Below, in pieces: positions 45,993-54,077 of a stretch of 64,000 nt of DNA (position 1 is its first letter; each line of letters begins with the position of its first letter). The notes beneath the pieces were generated by a model. It was given only the letters and a program-made list of their open reading frames with translations, was not told where the DNA came from and searched no databases. Both the position numbers and the translations under genes were made by a program. Source of the stretch: an uncultured Acidobacteriota bacterium (lineage in GTDB: Bacteria > Acidobacteriota > Vicinamibacteria > Vicinamibacterales > 2-12-FULL-66-21); assembly GCA_963804245.1 (NCBI GenBank), contig CAWDPQ010000019.1:70949-134948 (forward strand). Direction: 5' to 3'.

Positions 45993-47287
45993 AGCGATGG
46001 ACATTGATTTTCGTAGCGGCGGCGCTCGTCTCGGTGGCGATCATTCCCGCTCTGGCGCAGAGCATCCCGGCCGACCATCGCGACCTCCGCTCCCGCATCG
46101 AACAGCACTATGAGGTCGTTCCCTCGTCGAACGCCATCGCGCTCGTTCCCAAGAGTCGCGAGCGCGACATTCGACTGATCGACATCTCGGAGGGCGTGAT
46201 CGCCATCAACGGCGTCACGGTCACCGGCAAGGAGCTGCGCGACCGGCTGGGGGACGACGCCGATCTCATCATCCGACTGTCGTACCTGACGGCCGACCAG
46301 CGGCGCGACCTCTTCACACTCCGGGCCGAAGCCGATCCGCGGCGAGGCCGGAGCCCGGGCGATCAGGGAACGAGGCGCCGTTCGTCCGGCGAGCGCGTGC
46401 GGATTTTCGGTAACGTCACCATCGACGAGGAAGAAGAGATCGCCGGTGAGGTCGTTGCGGTCATCGGATCGGTGCGGGTCAACGGCGAGGTCCATCAGCA
46501 GGTGGTGGCCGTGCTCGGCTCGGTCGATCTCGGACCCAAGGCCTACGTGCGCGGTGATGTCGTCAGCATCGGCGGCAGAGTCCGGCGCGCACCCGGATCG
46601 CAGATTGGCGGAAGCATCACGGAAATATCGCTCGGGGGTGCCGCCGCGCACCTGAACGCGCCGTGGATGGGCCCGATGACCGTGGAAGGCTTTGATGCCG
46701 TACCGCGTTTGTTTCTCAGCACGTTTCGTCTGGTGCTCCTGATGCTGATCGCCGGCATCGCTTATGTCGTCGCGCGTGGCTCCGTCGACGGCTCGGCGCT
46801 GCGCGCCAGCGACAATGCGCCGAAGGCGCTGCTCGTCGGACTGGCCGCCGAGCTCCTGTTTGCACCCGTGCTGGCGCTGACGGCCGTTCTCCTCGCCGTG
46901 TCGATCATCGGCATCCCGCTGATCCTGTTGCTGCCGTTTGCCGTGCTCGTCTTGATCCTGCTCGCGCTGGCTGGTTTCACGGGCACGGCGGTCGCTATCG
47001 GTCAGGCCGCGCGACGACGCTTCGGGATCGCCGGCGAACAGGGCTTCCTCGACGTCGTCGTGGGCGTGCTGATTATCCTGTCGCCGGTGCTCATCGGCCG
47101 GATGCTGGCGCTTGCCAGCTGGCCGGACAATCCTTTCACGTGGGCTACTGATCCTGACCGGCACCGGGTTCGAGTTCCTGGCGTGGACGACTGGCTTCGG
47201 CGCGGTGCTGATGAATACGTTCTCGCGCTGGCGCGCGCGCCGGGTTGCGCGTGCCACGCCCAGTGCGACAGCGTGAAGAAAGGATGA
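45989..47287 (+). CDS. Secreted/membrane protein with a bactofilin-like (polymer-forming, beta-helical) repeat region and C-terminal TM bundle; the last ~45 codons are probably frame-shifted
   Basis: ORF 45989-47287. VRIFGNVTIDEEEEIAGEVVAVIGSVRVNGEVHQQVVAVLGSVDLGPKAYVRGDVVSIGGRV. After ~47145 another frame reads a further TM helix ..LLILTGTGFEFLAWTTGFGAVLMNTFSRWRARR.. ending at 47276. Confidence 0.6.
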   Translation: MKRWTLIFVAAALVSVAIIPALAQSIPADHRDLRSRIEQHYEVVPSSNAIALVPKSRERDIRLIDISEGVIAINGVTVTGKELRDRLGDDADLIIRLSYLTADQRRDLFTLRAEADPRRGRSPGDQGTRRRSSGERVRIFGNVTIDEEEEIAGEVVAVIGSVRVNGEVHQQVVAVLGSVDLGPKAYVRGDVVSIGGRVRRAPGSQIGGSITEISLGGAAAHLNAPWMGPMTVEGFDAVPRLFLSTFRLVLLMLIAGIAYVVARGSVDGSALRASDNAPKALLVGLAAELLFAPVLALTAVLLAVSIIGIPLILLLPFAVLVLILLALAGFTGTAVAIGQAARRRFGIAGEQGFLDVVVGVLIILSPVLIGRMLALASWPDNPFTWATDPDRHRVRVPGVDDWLRRGADEYVLALARAPGCACHAQCDSVKKG

Positions 47288-47298
47288 AGGAGGAAGGA

Positions 47299-47317
47299 AG
47301 AGCGCCGCAGGCGCTCT
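47299..47317. terminator. Bidirectional stem-loop AGAGCGCC-gca-GGCGCTCT between convergent genes
   Basis: 8-bp perfect stem flanked by a purine run upstream and ctcctttcttctc downstream. Confidence 0.6.
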
Positions 47318-47355
47318 CTCCTTTCTTCTCATCGGCCCGTAACGCCTCGACGGGA

Positions 47356-50046
47356 TCATCCGCATCGCCCGTCGGGCGGGCAGGTAGCAGGCGAGGTCGC
47401 GACCAGCAGCAGTAGCAGAGGCACACCCGCGATTGTTGGCGGGTCGACGGTGCCGATTCCGTACAGCTCGGTGGCCAGGAGCGGCTGCAGGACGGCGGAC
47501 GCCGCCAGGCCGAGGATGACTCCCAGGACTGCAAGCCAGAGCCCCTGCAGCACGATGACGCGCAGGACGTGTGCCGGCTGGGCTCCCAGCGCCAGTCGGA
47601 TTCCAATCTCCGAGGTTCGCTCGCTGACGATGAGCTCCATGACGCCGAAGACGCCGACGGCGGCCATGATGAGGGCGAGGGCGCCGAAGGTGCCGACGAG
47701 CATGAGGATGAAGCGCCGTTGCGAGACGGATTCCGCGCGTACCTGCGTCATCGGCCGGACGTCGTAGGCGGCAATGTCCTTGTCCACGGCGCGCAGCGTC
47801 GAGCGCACTTCCGGAATCAAGATCGACGGCTCGGAGGTCGTGCGCAACACGATGAACGGATTCACCGGCGGATTCTGCAGGTAGTAGATGTAGGCCTCGG
47901 GTGACGGCGGCGCTTCCAGCCCACGATGTCTGACGTCGCCGATGATGCCGACGATCGTCGACCACGTGCCACCCGGGGCACCGAACTGCAGGCGCTTGCC
48001 GATCGGATCCTCGCCGCGAAACATCTGGCGCGCCATCGTTTCGTTGATCACGACCACGGGCGGCGCGGACGGGCCGTCATTCACGTCGAAGGAGCGGCCG
48101 CGCAGCACTCGAATACCCATCGCGCTGAAATAGTTGTGAACGGCGCGGCGGAACTCCACCTCGGGGAGATCGGCCGGGGCCAGGTTCCGGCCTTCGATCA
48201 CCACCTTTGTCGAGACGTTGGTGCTGCCGAGCGGAAGACGTGTGGTTCCTCCGACAGCGACGACCCCAGGGAGCGACTCGAGCCGGCTGAAGAGATTGGC
48301 ATAGAACGCCCGCCGGTGGTCGGGCGTAGCGTATCGCGGCGGCACGGTGATCTGCAGCGTCAGCAGGTTGTTCGGACGAAACCCCGGATCGACCGTGAGC
48401 ACCGACACGAAGCTGCGCAGGAGCAGGCTGGCACCGATGGTGAGCACCACGGCCAGTGCCACCTCCACAACGACGAGGCCGGCGCGCAAGCGGCGCTGCG
48501 CGCGGCTGACCGACGAACTGCGTCCCGACTCCTTCAACGCGGCCTGCACGTGCGAGCGCGATGCGGCGAATGCCGGAACGAGGCCGATCAGCGTGCCGGT
48601 GAGCAGCGAGAGGCCGAAGGTGAACGCGACCACCGCACCGCTGGGCGCCACTTCGTTGATTCGCGGAATCTCCGGCGGCGCGAGCGCGAGGAGGGCAGCA
48701 ATGCCGAGACGCATGAACACCAGCGCCGCGATGCCTCCGACGAGCGACAGCAGGATCGTTTCGACGAGGGTCTGCCGAACGAGGCGGCGGCGGGCGGCGC
48801 CGAGTGCGGAGCGGATGGCCATCTCCCGCTGCCGGCCGGTGCTGCGGGCGAGCAGCAGGTTGGCCAGGTTCACGCACGCCATCAGCAGCACGAACCCGAC
48901 GCCGGCGGTCAGGAGCAGCAACGCGGGACGGACGCTGCCAACCGTCTGCTCGTGCACGGGAACCACGTTCGCGCCGACAGCGCGGTTGGTGTCGGGAAAA
49001 GCCTCGGCCAGCTGCCGCGCGATGCCGGAAACCTCCGCCTGTGCCTGATCCACCGTCACGCCCGGCTTCAGACGTCCAACAGCCGCCAGGAAACGCGCTC
49101 CGCGCGAGAGCGTGGCCACACCCGTCACCCGCGAATCCTCTTGCACGAATGCCAGCGGCAGCCATGCATCCACCTGGAACGCCCGCGTAAATCCGCTCGG
49201 TCCGAGCATCGTCCGATAGGGAAACACGAAATCGGGCGGCATGACGCCGACGATGGTGCGGGGTTGAGACTGGATGTTGAGCACCCTGCCGATGACGTTC
49301 GGGTCGGCGCCAAGCCGGGACTGCCAGAATGCATGGCTGATCATCACGGCGGTGTTTTGATCAGTGTCCGTGAAGGTGCGGCCGAGCACGGGCTGACGTC
49401 CGAGCATCTCGAACGTGCCGGGTGTCACCACGCTGACGACGACCTGCTCCGCCCCGGCGCTGCCCGTCAACGTGGACGGAACGAGGAAGCCGTATGTCGC
49501 GTGTAGCCCGGAGAAGGCCGAAGCGGCCCGGAAATCGATGAAATCACGCGGCGCGACGGTGTCGCGATCGCGATGCTCCATCGCGTTGGTGCTCCACAGC
49601 ATCACCAGCCGGTCCGGATCGCTGTAGGGGAGCGGCTTCAAGAGCACCGCGTGGACGATCGTGAAGATCGCCGTGTTGGCGCCAATGCCGAGCGTCAGGG
49701 CGGCAACCGCCAACAGGGTAAAGACCGGATTGCGGGCGAAGATGCGCGAGGCGTAACGCGCATCGAACATGAGCGACTGCCACCACATTGGAGATCTCCC
49801 TCGAGGATCGTGAATCGAGCCTGAAGGTTCGGGCCAGAGAAATCGATCGCGGATCTGCGCGGCGTGCACGAGCGTGGCGTTCAGGAATACATCGACGACG
49901 CTGCGCAGGACACATGCGGCCACCGACCGCGGTCCGCGCGAGGCGGCCGCACTGACGCGCTCGGCCCACGCCTGTTCCATCGCAGCGCCGAAGCGGCGGC
50001 GGAACGACCGCGGGTAGGCACGCAGGAGCAGCCGGTAGAACCTCAC
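47356..50046 (-). CDS. ADOP-family ABC-transporter permease (PadR-associated); the last ~20 codons are scrambled by three 1-nt indels (corrected stop ~47329)
   Basis: ORF 47356-50046, 896 codons; the start overlaps the PadR stop (ATGA). The family-typical tail ..LACYLPARRAMR.DPVEALRA. is present but spread over three frames between 47400 and 47329. Confidence 0.85.
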   Translation of the reverse strand: MRFYRLLLRAYPRSFRRRFGAAMEQAWAERVSAAASRGPRSVAACVLRSVVDVFLNATLVHAAQIRDRFLWPEPSGSIHDPRGRSPMWWQSLMFDARYASRIFARNPVFTLLAVAALTLGIGANTAIFTIVHAVLLKPLPYSDPDRLVMLWSTNAMEHRDRDTVAPRDFIDFRAASAFSGLHATYGFLVPSTLTGSAGAEQVVVSVVTPGTFEMLGRQPVLGRTFTDTDQNTAVMISHAFWQSRLGADPNVIGRVLNIQSQPRTIVGVMPPDFVFPYRTMLGPSGFTRAFQVDAWLPLAFVQEDSRVTGVATLSRGARFLAAVGRLKPGVTVDQAQAEVSGIARQLAEAFPDTNRAVGANVVPVHEQTVGSVRPALLLLTAGVGFVLLMACVNLANLLLARSTGRQREMAIRSALGAARRRLVRQTLVETILLSLVGGIAALVFMRLGIAALLALAPPEIPRINEVAPSGAVVAFTFGLSLLTGTLIGLVPAFAASRSHVQAALKESGRSSSVSRAQRRLRAGLVVVEVALAVVLTIGASLLLRSFVSVLTVDPGFRPNNLLTLQITVPPRYATPDHRRAFYANLFSRLESLPGVVAVGGTTRLPLGSTNVSTKVVIEGRNLAPADLPEVEFRRAVHNYFSAMGIRVLRGRSFDVNDGPSAPPVVVINETMARQMFRGEDPIGKRLQFGAPGGTWSTIVGIIGDVRHRGLEAPPSPEAYIYYLQNPPVNPFIVLRTTSEPSILIPEVRSTLRAVDKDIAAYDVRPMTQVRAESVSQRRFILMLVGTFGALALIMAAVGVFGVMELIVSERTSEIGIRLALGAQPAHVLRVIVLQGLWLAVLGVILGLAASAVLQPLLATELYGIGTVDPPTIAGVPLLLLLVATSPATCPPDGRCG

Positions 50047-50411
50047 GCCGGCCCTCCGCGGAGCAGCCGGCGCGCACGGGCCGTGCTGAGCTGTCCGGCG
50101 AGGCGTTCGGCCTCGGCGCGGGCGACGGCCAGGCCGAGCGGCGTCAGCTGGTAGTAGCGCCGCCGCTGGTCGTCGACGTCGGGTGCCGGGCGATCGTCGA
50201 TTTCCTGAATCAGCCCCGAGTCGAGCAGCCGGCCGAGCGCGCGGTAGAGCGTGCCCGGGTGGAGGACGATCCGCCCTTCGCTGCGGCGTTCCACCTCCTG
50301 CATGATGCTGTAGCCGTGCTGATCTCCCGCCGCCAGCGCAATCAGGATCTCGAAAGCCACCGGGGTCAGCGGCAAGAAGCGTTCAACGTCGGCGGAAGAT
50401 CGGGGGCGCAT
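50043..50411 (-). CDS. PadR-family transcriptional regulator
   Basis: ORF 50043-50411. LIALAAGDQHGYSIMQEVERRSEGRIVLHPGTLYRALGRLLDSGLI winged helix. Confidence 0.9.
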   Translation of the reverse strand: MRPRSSADVERFLPLTPVAFEILIALAAGDQHGYSIMQEVERRSEGRIVLHPGTLYRALGRLLDSGLIQEIDDRPAPDVDDQRRRYYQLTPLGLAVARAEAERLAGQLSTARARRLLRGGPA

Positions 50412-50419
50412 CGGGTTTT

Positions 50420-50620
50420 TACGCTACGTGCTACGCGCTACGCGCTACGCGCTACGTGCTACGTGCTACGTGCTACGTGCTACGTGCAACGTGCTACATA
50501 CCACGTGCGACTGCCAGCAATAGCACGTAGCACCTCGCACGTTGCCGACGTAGCACGTAGCACGTAGCACGTAGCACATTGCACCTCGCACGTAGCCGAC
50601 TATACGCCTTGGGCGTATAG
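50420..50620. repeat. Large inverted heptamer arrays (GCTACGT/GCTACGC)x~11 and (AGCACGT)x~9, plus a 9-bp hairpin CTATACGCC-ttg-GGCGTATAG
   Basis: Left arm 50420-50510, right arm 50522-50597 (its reverse complement), hairpin 50600-50620. It occupies almost the whole divergent intergenic region between padR and the FMN dehydrogenase gene. Confidence 0.9.
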
Positions 50621-50665
50621 CGCTCAAGCTGGAAGTTGATAAATACTTGTCGTCCATGGTGGACA

Positions 50666-51868
50666 ATGCCTGACCTTTCACAGATGGTGAACATCGCGGA
50701 TCTCCGGCGTGCGGCCAAGCGGCGGCTGCCGCGAGCGGTATTCGACTACATTGATGGCGGCGCCGACGCCGAGTTCACACTGCACGAGAACTGCGCGGCG
50801 TTCGACCGGATCACGTTCAGGCCGCGGTGCGCCGTGGCGACGGCGTCATGCGACTTGCGGACGACCGTTCTGGGGAGTCCGATCGCTTTTCCGATAATTC
50901 TGGGTCCTGTCGGCAGCAGTCGAATGTTCTATCCGCGCGGCGAGGAAGAGGCGGCGCGCGCCGCCGGAGCTGCCGGCACGCTCTACACCCTCTCGACGCT
51001 CTCCGGGTGTAAGCTCGAGGACGTCCGCAAAGCGACGTCGGGACCCGCGTGGTATCAGGTCTACCTCTGTGGCGGACGGGACGTGGCGACCGGAACGATC
51101 GAGCGGGCGCGGCAGGTCGGCTATTCCGCGCTGGTCCTGACGATCGACACACCGGTGGCCGGTCTGCGCGAACGGGACGTGCGAAACGGGGTCAAGGAGC
51201 TGCTCGGGCGTCAGATCGCCGGAATCCCTCACGTCTGGCAATTTGCCTCGAAGCCGCTCTGGCTGGCCGCGTTTCTGCGCGACGGCGGCCTGATGAAGTT
51301 CCCGAACGTGGTGCTTCCCGACTCTGGACCGATGTTGTACGCGGACGTGGGCGCGGCGCTCGAGCAGTCGATGGTGACCTGGGACGATCTCCGCTGGATC
51401 CGGCAGATCTGGGATGGGCCGATCGTGGTCAAGGGCGTTCACATCGCCGAGGATGCCCGCCGCGCCGTCGGCGAGGGCGCCGACGCTATCGTCGTCTCGA
51501 ACCACGGCGGGCGGCAGCTCGACGGCGTACGGTCGACCATCGAGAGCCTGCCGGAGATCATCTCCGCGGTTGGCACGCGCACCGAAGTTCTGCTCGACGG
51601 GGGCATCCGCCGCGGCAGCGATGTCGTCAAAGCACTGACTCTTGGCGCCCGCGCCGTCATGATCGGGCGAGCCTATGCCTATGGCCTCGGCGCCGTCGGC
51701 GGGGCAGGGGTCACGCGCGCGCTGGAGATTCTGCGAGCCGACGTGGTCCGCACGATGAAGCTGCTCGGCTGCGGCTCGATCGCCGAGCTCAACGCTCCCA
51801 CATCGACATTCCGGCGGGCTGGCGGCACGGCGCGGACCGGCCAGCCCGTGGGAGAAAAATTCGCTTAG
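50666..51868 (+). CDS. FMN-dependent alpha-hydroxy-acid dehydrogenase/oxidase (L-lactate dehydrogenase / glycolate oxidase family)
   Basis: ORF 50636-51868; ATG 50666 is preferred (MPDLSQMVNIADLRRAAKRRLPRAVFDYIDGGA). SNHGGRQLD and GGIRRGSDVVKALTLGA motifs. Confidence 0.85.
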   Translation: MPDLSQMVNIADLRRAAKRRLPRAVFDYIDGGADAEFTLHENCAAFDRITFRPRCAVATASCDLRTTVLGSPIAFPIILGPVGSSRMFYPRGEEEAARAAGAAGTLYTLSTLSGCKLEDVRKATSGPAWYQVYLCGGRDVATGTIERARQVGYSALVLTIDTPVAGLRERDVRNGVKELLGRQIAGIPHVWQFASKPLWLAAFLRDGGLMKFPNVVLPDSGPMLYADVGAALEQSMVTWDDLRWIRQIWDGPIVVKGVHIAEDARRAVGEGADAIVVSNHGGRQLDGVRSTIESLPEIISAVGTRTEVLLDGGIRRGSDVVKALTLGARAVMIGRAYAYGLGAVGGAGVTRALEILRADVVRTMKLLGCGSIAELNAPTSTFRRAGGTARTGQPVGEKFA

Positions 51869-51964
51869 ACCGGAACGACGCAACTCCTCGAGATCTGTCG
51901 CGGGGCGCCACACGGGCAACGGGTGCTGGGACGGAATTACCTTATGGGCACTGAGGGAATCTCT

Positions 51965-52045
51965 CGACAAACGGCTGGGCGCGCCGACAGCGAGCCGCAC
52001 CGCGATTTCCTTCCGTTGCTCCATGGCTCGCGCGAGATTACCCAC
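51965..52045 (-). pseudogene. ~27-codon relic of an ADOP/FtsX permease (first FtsX-domain cytoplasmic loop)
   Basis: The minus-strand translation GNLARAMEQRKEIAVRLAVGAPSRL matches the in-window paralogues ANLLLARSTGRQREMAIRSALGAARRRL (47356-50046) and ANAAQRAREIAVRSSLGASRRRV (1-2577). Similarity is lost on both sides. Confidence 0.5.
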
Positions 52046-52084
52046 ATCTCAGCTCTTTGCGCCGAGGCACTTCCGACTCAACGC

Positions 52085-52100
52085 TAACGACATATCGTTA
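52085..52100. promoter_or_regulatory. Perfect palindrome TAACGA-CATA-TCGTTA in the ~410-nt gap upstream of the ytfJ-like operon (candidate operator)
   Basis: Read directly; located 180 nt upstream of ATG 52279. The function is only a guess. Confidence 0.3.
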
Positions 52101-52278
52101 CGTATCCGACTAATCTGTCACCGCCCGTGCTGACTGTAACCACAAGGTAACTGTTGGCACGATGGTCGGAAATGATCGTTGACGGGCAGCCGAGACGATC
52201 GCATCGTCAAGAGAGATGTCTGGTCGGCCCGCGGACCATGCTGCTTGCCTGCCGAGCAGTCTGAAGATGGAGGCACTT

Positions 52279-52638
52279 ATGGATCATGTCGAAAGCTTGC
52301 TGAAGGCCACGCTTGCCGAAGTCGAGCGTCTTCTCAGCACCCGTACCGTCGTCGGTGAGCCGATCAACGTCGACGGCCAGACGATCATCCCGCTCATTGC
52401 CGTTGGTTTTGGCTTTGGTGCTGGCGGTGGGTCTGGCAGGGAGCAGAAGACGGCGAGATTGGAAGGGCTTGGCGCCGGCTCCGGCGCCGGAGGCGGTGTC
52501 AAACCGGTCGCGGTCATCATCGTCAACAAGGATGGCGTGCATCTGGAGAGCGTTCGCAGGGGTGCGGCCACCATGGTCGAGAAGGTCGGTGAGGCCGTCG
52601 GCAAGATCATGGACAAGCGCGGCGAGAAATCGGCATAG
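52279..52638 (+). CDS. GerW/YtfJ-family protein (sporulation-protein YtfJ homologue)
   Basis: ORF 52216-52638; ATG 52279 has GGAGG 5 nt upstream. VVGEPINVDGQTIIPLIAVGFGFGAGGGSG...GAGSGAGGGVKPVAVIIVNKDGVHL is the family pattern. Confidence 0.75.
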   Translation: MDHVESLLKATLAEVERLLSTRTVVGEPINVDGQTIIPLIAVGFGFGAGGGSGREQKTARLEGLGAGSGAGGGVKPVAVIIVNKDGVHLESVRRGAATMVEKVGEAVGKIMDKRGEKSA

Positions 52639-52652
52639 GTTGTGTTGCGCGT

Positions 52653-53249
52653 ATGCTCGCGCTCGTTGCTGTGTTCGCGGCGCTGATCACCCTGATAGTT
52701 TCGATGCTTGCCGTGCCGCTTGTACTGTTCCTCGAAGCCGAGCGCACTGACAAGCTGAAGGTCCGCTGGCGACTGGTCTGGCTCTTCGGCCTGGTCAAGC
52801 CTCGGTCGCGGAACCGATCTGCACCGTCGGCACCCGATGGCGCCGACGCCAGGCCCGCGGACATGCCGAAGAAACGGAGGGCGAGAGGGCGGCGCATGGC
52901 AGTTGCGGTTCTGCGGACACGCGGCCTCTTCGAGAGAGTCGTCCGGCTCGCCCTTGCGCTGCTTCGGCGGGTGACGCTCGAAAGGCTGCAATTGGATACG
53001 ATGTTCGGTTTCGAGAACCCAGCGGACACGGGGTTCGTGTACGGATGCCTCTCGCCGGTGCTTGTGATGGCCGACGTACGGGGACTGAACATCCGCTGTC
53101 GTCCGATGTTTCTGGAGTCGGGTGTACGAGGTGCGCTCCGCGCGACGATCCGTGTCCGTCCGCTCCTGGTGGTGGGACCGATGGTCGCGTTCCTCGTGTC
53201 CCCTCCGGTTTTTCGCGCAGCACGTGTGGCGTGGCGAACCAGAACATGA
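52653..53249 (+). CDS. DUF2953-family membrane protein (B. subtilis YtfI-like)
   Basis: ORF 52653-53249. N-terminal TM, basic low-complexity stretch (PKKRRARGRR), then FGFENPADTGFVYGCLSPVL, which resembles the DUF2953 core. Called from memory of the family and its pairing with a YtfJ homologue. Confidence 0.55.
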   Translation: MLALVAVFAALITLIVSMLAVPLVLFLEAERTDKLKVRWRLVWLFGLVKPRSRNRSAPSAPDGADARPADMPKKRRARGRRMAVAVLRTRGLFERVVRLALALLRRVTLERLQLDTMFGFENPADTGFVYGCLSPVLVMADVRGLNIRCRPMFLESGVRGALRATIRVRPLLVVGPMVAFLVSPPVFRAARVAWRTRT

Positions 53250-53446
53250 GCGAGATACGTTCCGACACGCGCGTCACCGTCACAGCCGGTGGCCTAGAGA
53301 TTGAGGTGATCGAGAGAATCGTCGTGCGTGTGGAGCGCGTCGGCGATGGGATTGTCGGACTGGCGTTGAAGCAACCAGTATCCATCGTTGTTCAGTCACC
53401 GGCCGGCACATGGAGACTGGATCTGCAGTCCGAGCACGCCGTGTAA
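53246..53446 (+). CDS. 66-codon hypothetical protein, translationally coupled (ATGA) to the DUF2953 gene
   Basis: In-frame ATG 53246 inside ORF 53045-53446: MSEIRSDTRVTVTAGGLEIEVIERIVVRVERVGDGIVGLALKQPVSIVVQSPAGTWRLDLQSEHAV. Predicted all-beta; faintly GerW-C-terminal-like. Confidence 0.45.
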   Translation: MSEIRSDTRVTVTAGGLEIEVIERIVVRVERVGDGIVGLALKQPVSIVVQSPAGTWRLDLQSEHAV

Positions 53447-53545
53447 CGGACGGATCGGATCCGCACTGCACGAGATCGAACCAATCGATGCGGAGCGACT
53501 TGGCTGGGGCACCCGCTAACGTTGTAAGGACGCCTCCATCGACGA

Positions 53546-53975
53546 TTACCCACCCTTTTCACTTACAGGTTCTAGCGGGTGGGAGATGTGACCTTGAACG
53601 ATGAGCCACTGGGCTCGCATCTTCCGCCACAACCAGGACACGCCACCCTGCTGCCGTATGGTTGTTCCGGCGCCTTCCATGACGATTTCGCGCTTGAACG
53701 TCGCACTCGCCAGCGCGTACTGCAGAGCCCAGTGGTGAGACCTCAAGGTCCGCATACGTCACGTCCAGGGATCGCACCGCTGGAAGAGCCTTGCGCACGC
53801 CCGCTGCCATGACGTCATGAGTCGCACGCCGACCGTCGTGGTAGAAGTAGAACTCGGGCACGGATGCGTAGTGGGCGACAAGCCCCTCGGGGTCGCGTGC
53901 ACGCTCGACAGCCTCGAACGATCGCACACGAGCGGTTACCGCCGCTATGACCTCCTCTCGTTCTGAATTGTCCAT
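53546..53975 (-). pseudogene. DUF4440/SnoaL-like (NTF2-fold) protein; one frame break (53735-53745)
   Basis: The N-part is in ORF 53559-53975 (..VTARVRSFEAVERARDPEGLVAHYA..LDVTYADLEV). The C-part is in ORF 53546-53755 (..HHWALQYALASATFKREIVMEGAGTTIRQQGGVSWLWRKMRAQWLIVQGHISHP). Confidence 0.65.
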
Positions 53976-54077
53976 TTGCCCGGCACCCCTTCCATTGCCG
54001 TTGCGAGGATCAGTAGCGTAACGCCAAGCTAGAGAGAGCGCCCAACCTTCAAAATTCCAGGAAGGTTTTCACAACAT

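Noticed and set aside
45659-47965. 768-codon ORF antisense to the anti-sigma and bactofilin-like genes and reading into the ADOP gene
   Set aside because: It has no family signal and an extreme Arg/Ala/Pro/Gly composition. It overlaps three well-supported genes, including one on its own strand in a different frame.
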